Part shown: piece after piece, positions 51,042-58,308 of the stretch | Layout of the letters: each line of letters begins with the position of its first letter | Numbering within the stretch: the stretch's first letter is position 1 | Source of the DNA: Candidatus Anderseniibacteriota bacterium | Lineage (GTDB): Bacteria > Patescibacteriota > Andersenbacteria > UBA10190 | DNA: 64,000 bases | Reading direction: 5' to 3' | Assembly (NCBI GenBank): GCA_016197005.1 | Contig: JACPWO010000001.1 | Coordinates: forward strand, 87,266-151,265 | The notes under the pieces: generated by a model | Seen by the model: only the letters and a program-made list of their open reading frames with translations | The model's database searches: none | Told to the model about the DNA's origin: nothing | Program-made: the position numbers and the translations under genes

Positions 51042-51845
51042 ATGTCCTCTATGCGTGGGCGCCTCCGCCTCTTAAAGCCAAAGATTCTGGAATGGCTATC
51101 CGTTGTGTTACTGGCGGCTCTCATTATTGTGCCACTGTCTATTCTGTCGTGGCTCATATTTTTCACTAATACCTTTATTATCCAAACGGTAACGGTTGTT
51201 GATGCTCGAGATCACACGGCCGAGAAAATTCAGCAGGAGACAAGTTCACTTATCGGAAAAAACATCTTACTCATTCAACCAGAAATAATTGAGCAGTCAC
51301 TGGCTGACTCTATCTTTCAAATTCATAATATTCGGGTTGTACGCAAACTGCCCAGTGCGTTAAAAGTTGTTGTGCAAGAAAAGCAACCGTCTCTTCTTCT
51401 TTTGTCCGGCGGTAAGTACCACTTCATAGATCGACAGGGAATTGCGTACGAGGAAGCTCAACTAGATACGCTGCCAGGTATAGTATTACCAACGATTAAA
51501 AATACCGGTGAACACAGTAACGTCGTTTTAGGAACAGCAGCGGTTAGTGAGCCGTTTGTAACATTTATTTTGGAAGCGCAGAAAAGTTTACCCGGTGCCA
51601 CTAAGGCGCAAATAGCAGAAATTCGCATTCCGTCGCTGTCAGCTCGAGAAGTACATATTCTTCTCGATACCAACTGGCTCATTCGCTTTGATACCAGTCG
51701 GCCACTGGAAAGTCAGCTAAACGTATTACAGCGCTTACTGGAGCACACAATACCAGCAGAAAGTCACAACCAAATTGAATATATTGATTTGCGGATTCCA
51801 AACCGTGTGTACTACAAACTCCGTAACGCTCCCTTAACTCTGTAG
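51042..51845 (+). CDS. ftsQ: Cell division protein FtsQ/DivIB
   Basis: TM plus POTRA-like region and C-terminal EYIDLR motif. Confidence 0.8.
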   Translation: MSSMRGRLRLLKPKILEWLSVVLLAALIIVPLSILSWLIFFTNTFIIQTVTVVDARDHTAEKIQQETSSLIGKNILLIQPEIIEQSLADSIFQIHNIRVVRKLPSALKVVVQEKQPSLLLLSGGKYHFIDRQGIAYEEAQLDTLPGIVLPTIKNTGEHSNVVLGTAAVSEPFVTFILEAQKSLPGATKAQIAEIRIPSLSAREVHILLDTNWLIRFDTSRPLESQLNVLQRLLEHTIPAESHNQIEYIDLRIPNRVYYKLRNAPLTL

Positions 51846-51850
51846 ATAAG

Positions 51851-51878
51851 TTGACAAGAGACCGATTATGCGTATAAT
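51851..51878 (+). promoter_or_regulatory. Consensus sigma70 promoter
   Basis: TTGACA-16 nt-TATAAT. Confidence 0.75.
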
Positions 51879-51884
51879 GTAAGG

Positions 51885-52230
51885 ACAAATTTGTTCTTCT
51901 CATTAGGTGAGGAGAGGATGTTTAGGGCTTCCTAACATCTCTCCCTGGAGGGAAGATGGGCGGCGAGTGGATCCGCTTTAGTAGCCCAGATACTCTTCTC
52001 CTCACCCTTACCTTCATCGACCTGCGTTGTATAATCTGTAAAACTCCCTTCAGGTGTTGCAACGCAAGGGCGACTTCTATACCCGTATGAGTGCGGTCAA
52101 TCCTTTTCATTGGCGGATCATCCAATTCCATTCCCATTAATCCGCCCTACTCATACGGTTCTTCCCTCGCCTCGCTGGCAATCTCACACTAACCCTTCTC
52201 GGAAGTGCGACCAGCGAGGCTCTTTCTTTT
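51885..52230 (+). ncRNA. Candidate structured RNA of unknown family
   Basis: Promoter-to-terminator unit with four 9-10 bp helices and only short ORFs (5 and 44 aa) behind its SD-like motifs. Confidence 0.5.
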
Positions 52231-52233
52231 TTT
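52169..52233 (+). terminator. Terminator-like hairpin
   Basis: GCCTCGCTGG/CCAGCGAGGC stem followed by TCTTTCTTTTTTT. Confidence 0.65.
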
Positions 52234-53740
52234 AACGCTGAATTTTTCTTACAAATACTTCTCCCTGATACGTGAATACTTCGGGAAATGTCTTTTCTTC
52301 AATGACTCTCCAGTTGATAGGAAGTGGCAACTTAGTTCCACCAAAACCCGATGTTTCAACTAATGTCATGTTTTGTATATTTGGCTGATCGAACACACTC
52401 GGTCCAATAATATCTTGATCAGTTAGGATTGGTCCTCCTTCAAAGTGAGCTAACTGACCGGTTTCTGAATACAACTTTGCTTCAGTAGTATTACCGTATT
52501 CTTCTTGAAGATAGTGAATAACGGCAAAATAAATAAAAGGAGAGGTGACAACAACGGGTCCTTCGTCATGTACCTGGAAAGCATACGTTGTAGCGGCATG
52601 CGCTCCTGGTTTGTTTTCTATATCTAGTTCCTGCCAGAATCCCCAATACGTCGTAAGAAGTAAAAGAATAGTTACCGCAGAAGCCCAGGGATACCAGCGA
52701 CGAGGCAGCTGCGCTAGTAACATCGCTAAAGCAATAAAGATAAAGATGTTAGCGAATACGAGGAAGCGATCTTGGTATAAGCTCTGGCCGACAAAGGAAA
52801 TAGCAATAGCCAGTAGAAATGGCACAAACCCCAGAATAACCACAAACCATTTTGCATCTCGCGCGTGCCGACCAGCAAGTACAATTCCCCAGCCTATAAT
52901 TGTGAAGATAATAGGAAGACTCGTCAGAAAAATACCAATGCCTGCATGAGAAGGAATTCCCGAAGTCGGTACGTACATTCGGTAGAAAGTATCCGGAATA
53001 GACCACCCACCAATCGGAGGCACCCAGTAGCTTTGTTGTACTTGAGAATTTTGAGTGATGAATGTCGGTATCCACGGAAGATAGAAACCAATTACCAAGA
53101 TGGCAGCACCCAGGGCGGACCAGAGGAGAGGGGACTGCAGCATTTCACCCACGCGCCAACGTGTTCTCATGATAAGTGCTGCGAGAACAAATAAGCCGTG
53201 AGCAAAGAGCGTAAAAAAAGCAAAGTAATGGGTGTAAGCAAATGCCGCCGCAACTATGCTATATAAGGCCCATAGGTACAGATTCTGCCGACGAACTGCT
53301 TTTAAGAGGAGCCAGGAAGAAATGAGAGCAAGAAAAGTTCCTAAGGTATACATGCGGGCTTCCCAGGCAAACGCAGCTTGCCAGCCAGATGCGGCCAGCA
53401 GGGCGGCTGCGACTACACCAACGGAACGGCGACCAGTAGCGGTCGTTGTAAATAGATAAGCAGCGAGAAGCGTTGCACCAGCCAGCGTGACCGAAAAGGA
53501 GCGCAGCCCCACTAGTGAGGTACCAAATATTTCAGTCCAACCTCGTAGAATCACGTAGTACAGCGGGGGATGAACATCAGTTGCTGCCCGGGCAATCATT
53601 TCCGAAAAGGGAAATTCTACGAGCCGCCAGGAAAATGCTTCATCAAACCACAAACTTCGGGCAGTGAGGTGCCATGAACGCAGCGCCACCCCGCTCGCAA
53701 CAACAAGAATGAGAATCCAAATCGCTGTTTTCCGTTTCAT
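52232..53740 (-). CDS. GT-C membrane glycosyltransferase (GT39/ArnT-like)
   Basis: SLWFDEA, HPPLYY and EARMY motifs; many TM segments. Confidence 0.88.
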   Translation of the reverse strand: MKRKTAIWILILVVASGVALRSWHLTARSLWFDEAFSWRLVEFPFSEMIARAATDVHPPLYYVILRGWTEIFGTSLVGLRSFSVTLAGATLLAAYLFTTTATGRRSVGVVAAALLAASGWQAAFAWEARMYTLGTFLALISSWLLLKAVRRQNLYLWALYSIVAAAFAYTHYFAFFTLFAHGLFVLAALIMRTRWRVGEMLQSPLLWSALGAAILVIGFYLPWIPTFITQNSQVQQSYWVPPIGGWSIPDTFYRMYVPTSGIPSHAGIGIFLTSLPIIFTIIGWGIVLAGRHARDAKWFVVILGFVPFLLAIAISFVGQSLYQDRFLVFANIFIFIALAMLLAQLPRRWYPWASAVTILLLLTTYWGFWQELDIENKPGAHAATTYAFQVHDEGPVVVTSPFIYFAVIHYLQEEYGNTTEAKLYSETGQLAHFEGGPILTDQDIIGPSVFDQPNIQNMTLVETSGFGGTKLPLPINWRVIEEKTFPEVFTYQGEVFVRKIQR

Positions 53741-53814
53741 AGTGAGAGATATTCGAAGTTTGTGCTTTAATTATTGTGTAGTATTCTAAGACCATACCAC
53801 AAACAAACACTCAT

Positions 53815-54345
53815 ATGCCGCTCGATTCGCGTACATTAGCGCTCATAAAACAACGTTTAGACGATGCCGAACGTAACGTTCAGTATGTTCGTCAGGCACT
53901 TGAAGAAATGTTGGGGGAGGGTGGAGAAATAGTATCTATACCTACTGCCACAGCTTCTGAAGCGGCTCCAGTTAGCGAACGAGTAATCGAAGGCGTCTTT
54001 GATGGTCAAAATATGCAAGGTAATGATGGTGAAGAATATCCCGTACCACCGAATTATGCTTCAAAATCTAAGCTCGTCGAAGGAGACGTGCTAAAGCTCA
54101 CGATTGGCACTGATGGCTCTTTCATTTACAAGCAAATTAACCCGGTGGAGCGTAGACGCGTTGTCGGCACACTTGTTGTTGACGAACAAGGAAATTTCGG
54201 AGTACAAGCACCAGATAAAACATACAAGATTCTCCTCGCGAGCATTACCTTTTACCGCGCTAGCGAAGGTGATGAAGTAACGGTGCTGCTCCCGGAACAC
54301 GGAGAAGCAGAATGGGGAGCAGTTGAAAACGTAATTCATAAATAG
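53815..54345 (+). CDS. Hypothetical protein of a type common in CPR genomes
   Basis: IEGVFDG...YPVPPNYASKSKLVEGD motif; function unknown. Confidence 0.7.
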   Translation: MPLDSRTLALIKQRLDDAERNVQYVRQALEEMLGEGGEIVSIPTATASEAAPVSERVIEGVFDGQNMQGNDGEEYPVPPNYASKSKLVEGDVLKLTIGTDGSFIYKQINPVERRRVVGTLVVDEQGNFGVQAPDKTYKILLASITFYRASEGDEVTVLLPEHGEAEWGAVENVIHK

Positions 54346-54350
54346 TTCAT

Positions 54351-54845
54351 ATGCTTTCTTCTTTGGCGTTGCGCTTCGTAGCGCTTTTTCCACCACACCT
54401 TCAAAACACGGCGAAGCAATTTATTAAATTTGGTGTTGTTGGTGTTATTGGTGCAGTAGTAGATTTTGGCAGCTACAACATTATGACGCGAGGACTGGAT
54501 TGGAATTCCATTTTCCTTGTTGCTGGATACGAAATTATTGCCGCTAACTTAGTCAGTGTGTTCCTGGCGATTATGAGTAACTTCGTCCTCAACAAGTACT
54601 GGACATTTGAGGATTCGAAAGGTCCAGTGGTAAAACAGTGGTCTGGATATTTTCTCCTGAATGCCGTCACCTTTGTTCTCAACCAAATTTTGACCTCATT
54701 TTTCACTTTCCGCGTACCCCTCATCGAGGCTTTCTTCGGCAGTCAGAAAGACAATGCTGCCAAAGCGCTGGCGATTGGCTTTATTCTCTTCATTAACTTC
54801 GCCGGTTCGAAATTCTTGATTTTTCGACGGCGTACGTCACGATAA
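54351..54845 (+). CDS. GtrA family flippase-like protein
   Basis: QFIKFGVVG and NFVLNKYWTF motifs. Confidence 0.88.
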   Translation: MLSSLALRFVALFPPHLQNTAKQFIKFGVVGVIGAVVDFGSYNIMTRGLDWNSIFLVAGYEIIAANLVSVFLAIMSNFVLNKYWTFEDSKGPVVKQWSGYFLLNAVTFVLNQILTSFFTFRVPLIEAFFGSQKDNAAKALAIGFILFINFAGSKFLIFRRRTSR

Positions 54846-54850
54846 ATAGC

Positions 54851-56257
54851 GTGTCGCTCTATCGGACATATCGGCCAAAAACCTTTGGCGAAGTCGTAGG
54901 TCAGCCCCACGTCGTGGGGGCCTTACAGTCGGCTATTTCTTCTAATCGGGTAAGTCACGCCTATCTCTTCCAGGGCCCACGCGGTACGGGAAAAACAACC
55001 GTAGCTCGTCTACTGGCGAAAGCAGTTGGCGCTTCTGGCCTAGATATCACCGAAATAGATGCAGCGAGCAATCGCGGCATTGATGATGTGCGGGCACTAC
55101 GGGAGAGTGTTTTGACCTCTCCGACTGGAGGGAAATACAAAGTATATATTATTGACGAGGTGCACATGCTTACCGGCGAGGCATTCGCCGCGCTTCTTAA
55201 AACCTTAGAGGAGCCCGTCGCTCACGCTATTTTTATTCTCGCCACCACTGAGCTACATAAAGTTCCAGATACAATAAAATCGCGCTGCCAAGTGTTCCGA
55301 TTCCGCCGAGCGTCTGCTGATGAAATGCGCGGACGCCTCTCGCATATTCTCAAAGCAGAAAAACAGAAAGTAGGGGACGATATTCTTTCCTTTATTATTA
55401 GTCGGAGTGACGGCTGTTATCGCGACGCCGAATCTCTGCTCGGACAAATTCTGACGCTTAAAACAGAGACAGATTCATTGGGGGAGATGATGGAACTTCT
55501 TGGTATGCCATCGCCGGAACTTGTTTCCAATTTTCTCTCTACCCTTATTAGCGGAGATGCAGCTGGAGCACTGGAGACAGCTCAAACAGCATACGAACGA
55601 GGATACGATCCAGAGCTTTTCATTGAAGAATCTATTCGCACTGCCCGTGATCGGGCAATTACCGAAACGAAAGCCGGGGGCACCTCAAAAAATCTCCCGC
55701 TCATTATCCGTAACCTCGTTCAAGCCAAACAAGATTTGGCGTATGTGCCCCAGCCCTTGATTGCACTGCAGTTAGCCATCCTTAATTCCGTTCCTATCCG
55801 CGGAAACAATCTGCCTACAGCTCCAGTTGCAACCAGTAAGATGAACACTCCACCGATCAAAACAGCGCCTATTAAGAAAGTAACCCCGGTAAAGGAAAAA
55901 GCAGCTCCTATAGTTTCCACGTCGGTTATTGCACTAGAACAAATTCAATCTGCCTGGCCTTCCGTTATTGAAGCAATGAAACCAAAAAGCCCGGCTGCCT
56001 CAACATTTTTACGAGCAATGGAGGCACAAAGTATTAGTGGCAGCACTCTCGTGATTGCTGCACAGTATGCACTCCACCGTAATTTCTTTGAAAAGCCAGA
56101 TAATAAGCAGTTGCTTACTACGATATTAAGCGATCAACTAAAAGCTGACTTAGAAGTACGAATTGCACTCGAAAGTTCAGGGAAGGCACCGGCTACGAAT
56201 GGACGAGCTCAAGCTGAAGCTCAACTTTTACAGAATGTTCAGGAAATATTTAGATAA
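54851..56257 (+). CDS. dnaX: DNA polymerase III gamma/tau subunit
   Basis: YRPKTF, GPRGTGKTT, EIDAASNRG, IDEVHML and SRCQ motifs. Confidence 0.96.
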   Translation: MSLYRTYRPKTFGEVVGQPHVVGALQSAISSNRVSHAYLFQGPRGTGKTTVARLLAKAVGASGLDITEIDAASNRGIDDVRALRESVLTSPTGGKYKVYIIDEVHMLTGEAFAALLKTLEEPVAHAIFILATTELHKVPDTIKSRCQVFRFRRASADEMRGRLSHILKAEKQKVGDDILSFIISRSDGCYRDAESLLGQILTLKTETDSLGEMMELLGMPSPELVSNFLSTLISGDAAGALETAQTAYERGYDPELFIEESIRTARDRAITETKAGGTSKNLPLIIRNLVQAKQDLAYVPQPLIALQLAILNSVPIRGNNLPTAPVATSKMNTPPIKTAPIKKVTPVKEKAAPIVSTSVIALEQIQSAWPSVIEAMKPKSPAASTFLRAMEAQSISGSTLVIAAQYALHRNFFEKPDNKQLLTTILSDQLKADLEVRIALESSGKAPATNGRAQAEAQLLQNVQEIFR

Positions 56258-56459
56258 TACGTTTATCGAAGGAGAAATTACGTAATCCGGAAATTCCTCT
56301 ATAAGTGGCTCTTTCAAAAAATCGTATTTTTTACCAAAAGGCTTAAACTTCATTTTTGTATATATCTTATTAACAGTGTTCGCCACTATGGTCTAGAACC
56401 TTACTTTAGGGTTTTGAGAGGCCTTTGGCAAAGCCTTTGAGGGGTTTTGAGGACGAAAT

Positions 56460-56695
56460 ATGTTACAGGATGTTACACCATAAAAGGATGATTTCTGTAA
56501 CATTTACAGAATAAACGGAACAAATGGGACACCTAAAAAAGAGTTGGTCTACTGTTCCGTTTGCTATTTCTAAGCTTTTGTAGCCTAGTAAAATGTTACA
56601 AATGTTACAGATTTTTGAGGTGTTGGACTGTAACATTCCGCCCAAAATGAGACAGTCTGAGACACTATAAAAAGAGCCGTCTCGTGTCTCATTTT
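56460..56695. repeat. Cluster of short tandem and inverted repeats
   Basis: ATGTTACA at 56460, 56470, 56593 and 56602; inverse TGTAACAT at 56496 and 56629; also AAACGGAACA/TGTTCCGTTT and AAAATGAGACA/TGTCTCATTTT pairs. Confidence 0.7.
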
Positions 56696-57000
56696 CCTGA
56701 GTTCTGTTGCTGGTATTCCAGAACCTTCTCGGCTGGTGACATTCCGCCTAATAATCTATGTGGAAAGTAGTTCCAGGCATCGTTGATGACTTCTATGATA
56801 TTCTGCAGCTCCACTGCTCCCTGGCCGGTATCAAACATGGCAATAATATCTGTCATAGCGTCCGTACCATCCTCGTTAAAGATGACCTCCTTGATATGAT
56901 CCAGGCTGAAATCACTGCCGGTTTGCTCAAGCATTACAGTTAGCTCCTGCTCAGTTTCAGCTCGCTTATCGGTAATTTGTTGCTGGTTCAAAATTTCCAT
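56689..57000 (-). CDS. Small acidic hypothetical protein, copy 1 (103 aa)
   Basis: 72/103 residues identical to 61541..61855 by manual alignment; NDAWNYFPH.LGG.SP motif. Confidence 0.85.
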   Translation of the reverse strand: MEILNQQQITDKRAETEQELTVMLEQTGSDFSLDHIKEVIFNEDGTDAMTDIIAMFDTGQGAVELQNIIEVINDAWNYFPHRLLGGMSPAEKVLEYQQQNSGK

Positions 57001-57057
57001 ATCCACATAGTGGCGCATTTTCTGGAGCCTGAAAAGTTAGTAATCTGAATTTTGAGT

Positions 57058-57108
57058 AAAGAAAAACTCGGAAACTAAGTTTGTCGTAGAGACAATAAGT
57101 TTCCGAGT
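57058..57108 (-). terminator. Intrinsic terminator after the tRNA pair
   Basis: Perfect 11-bp stem ACTCGGAAACT/AGTTTCCGAGT, then TTTTCTTT on the minus strand. Confidence 0.8.
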
Positions 57109-57111
57109 GAA

Positions 57112-57184
57112 TGGAGGATAGCGGATTCGAACCGCTGACCTTCCGCACGCCAGGCGGACGCTCTCCCAACTGAGCTAATCCCCC
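57112..57184 (-). tRNA. tRNA-Ala(GGC), CCA not encoded
   Basis: Full cloverleaf: GGGGGAT/ATCCTCC acceptor with G3:U70 and A73, anticodon arm TCCGC-CTGGCGT-GCGGA, T loop TTCGAAT. Confidence 0.93.
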
Positions 57185-57188
57185 GAAG

Positions 57189-57259
57189 TGGACCGCCGGA
57201 GAATTGAACTCCGATCTCCTGATTGCAAGTCAGGTGTCTTCCCATTAGACCAGCAGCCC
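57189..57259 (-). tRNA. tRNA-Ala(UGC), atypical 71-nt body, CCA not encoded
   Basis: GGGCTGC/GCGGTCC acceptor with G3:U70 and A73, D stem GTCT/AGAC, anticodon arm CCTGA-CTTGCAA-TCAGG, T arm CGGAG-TTCAATT-CTCCG. Confidence 0.88.
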
Positions 57260-57404
57260 ACTGAAGAACAAAGGCCGATGCCAGGTCGCCAAGGTAGGAA
57301 GCCGTCTCCTTTAGAAGGCCGACGCGACCAGCTCGGACGTTGCCTGACTTTCACGCTCGGCCAACACGCGCCCCGATCAATTCGCGCTCGGGAGCACACG
57401 CTTT

Positions 57405-58100
57405 TCATGGGTGCCAGTTCCAAACGGCTTCCGCGCCGCTCATTTCTGGCAGGTACTTTCCGTCCTTCTTGTCAGGACGGACGTACTTTGCTAGAAATTC
57501 GACTTGGCCTCGCCGCTCACAGCGGTAGACCACACCCTCAATCTCATCGCACGGCCACTTATGCCGGGAATGAATTTCGAGGGCTTTCTCAACACCAATA
57601 GCATCTCCAACGTGGAGAAGACTTGGTGTCGAAAAGTGTCCATCGATGCGCTCGTGAAGCGCATCGTACGAAATTCGCCGGTCTCCGATCATCAGGTCAA
57701 AGACCGCGAACGGCTCACGGCCATTCAGATCGTAGACCGTCCCATGGGCTTGGGCGAGCCATTCGCCGCATAATCGTTCACCATTCTTGAGGATCACCCG
57801 AAAGCGATCTTCATTTTGGCGAACCCACTGAGCGAACAAATGATGTTGCTCATAGGGTGAACTATCTGCGGGCCAGCCAGCGCGGATCAGTGGATGTATT
57901 GCGTCGTCGATTAACGCGACGGCGACGCAGGATCCATCCAGTTTTTCCTGCACGACGATCACGTCATGCGAATCTCGCACCTTCTCGGTGCAGATTCTTT
58001 GCTGGCCTTCGGGGATTGACCAATCCCCCGGACCCATGCGACTGCATGGTAAATGTGGGATCGAGCCGTAGGCCCGACGTCCCAGAGGTTTCTTGGACAT
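57405..58100 (-). CDS. ATP-dependent RNA ligase (Rnl2-like adenylyltransferase core)
   Basis: Nucleotidyltransferase motifs I QEKLDGS, III LCGEW, IIIa FAVFDL, IV EGVVYR and V LAKYV; no OB domain; GGAGG SD. Confidence 0.85.
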   Translation of the reverse strand: MSKKPLGRRAYGSIPHLPCSRMGPGDWSIPEGQQRICTEKVRDSHDVIVVQEKLDGSCVAVALIDDAIHPLIRAGWPADSSPYEQHHLFAQWVRQNEDRFRVILKNGERLCGEWLAQAHGTVYDLNGREPFAVFDLMIGDRRISYDALHERIDGHFSTPSLLHVGDAIGVEKALEIHSRHKWPCDEIEGVVYRCERRGQVEFLAKYVRPDKKDGKYLPEMSGAEAVWNWHP

Positions 58101-58144
58101 TTGGCCTCCGGTTTGTTGGGGTAGGTTGTCAATGAACGCTTATC

Positions 58145-58173
58145 ACCCTAGCATACAACGAGATTAATGTCAA
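58145..58173 (-). promoter_or_regulatory. Promoter of the RNA ligase-tRNA operon, followed by a boxA-like motif at 58137-58126
   Basis: TTGACA-17 nt-TAGGGT with an extended -10 TG, then GTTCATTGACAA. Confidence 0.65.
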
Positions 58174-58308
58174 TATTGGCTGTTTGGCCTTGTTCAATAA
58201 TAGCTATGTTAAGGTAATAATATTTCATAAGTACGGTGTCTCTAGTGGACTTACCTACAACTTACCAACTAGCATCTTTTTCAACCCAGCGGCACTGTTC
58301 CTGCTACT

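Noticed and set aside
51885-52230. RNase P RNA, tmRNA or SRP RNA
   Set aside because: No GAGGAAAGTCC, no tRNA-like ends and no SRP domain IV motif seen; 6S RNA cannot be excluded without a covariance search.
55885-55905. dnaX programmed -1 frameshift site
   Set aside because: AAAGGAAAAAG is not the canonical A-AAA-AAG heptamer and no stimulatory hairpin is evident.
56400-56695. CRISPR array or Tn7-like end
   Set aside because: Repeats are only 6-11 nt with irregular spacing; no cas1/cas2 or transposase in the window. The Cas4-like nuclease at 61861 has no array.
57270-57335. HDV-like/theta ribozyme next to the tRNA (GCT-TCCTACCTT-GGC-GACCT-GG pattern)
   Set aside because: L3 lacks the conserved G, P1 would be too short with no G at position 1, no convincing P2/P4, and it lies 5' rather than 3' of the tRNA.
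57261-57362. Hammerhead ribozyme, suggested by CTGAAGA at 57261 on the + strand
   Set aside because: No downstream GAAA core with matching stems, and it is on the strand opposite the operon.
56966-57601. ORFs 56966-57169, 57175-57423 and 57188-57601
   Set aside because: They are translations across the tRNA genes and spacer.
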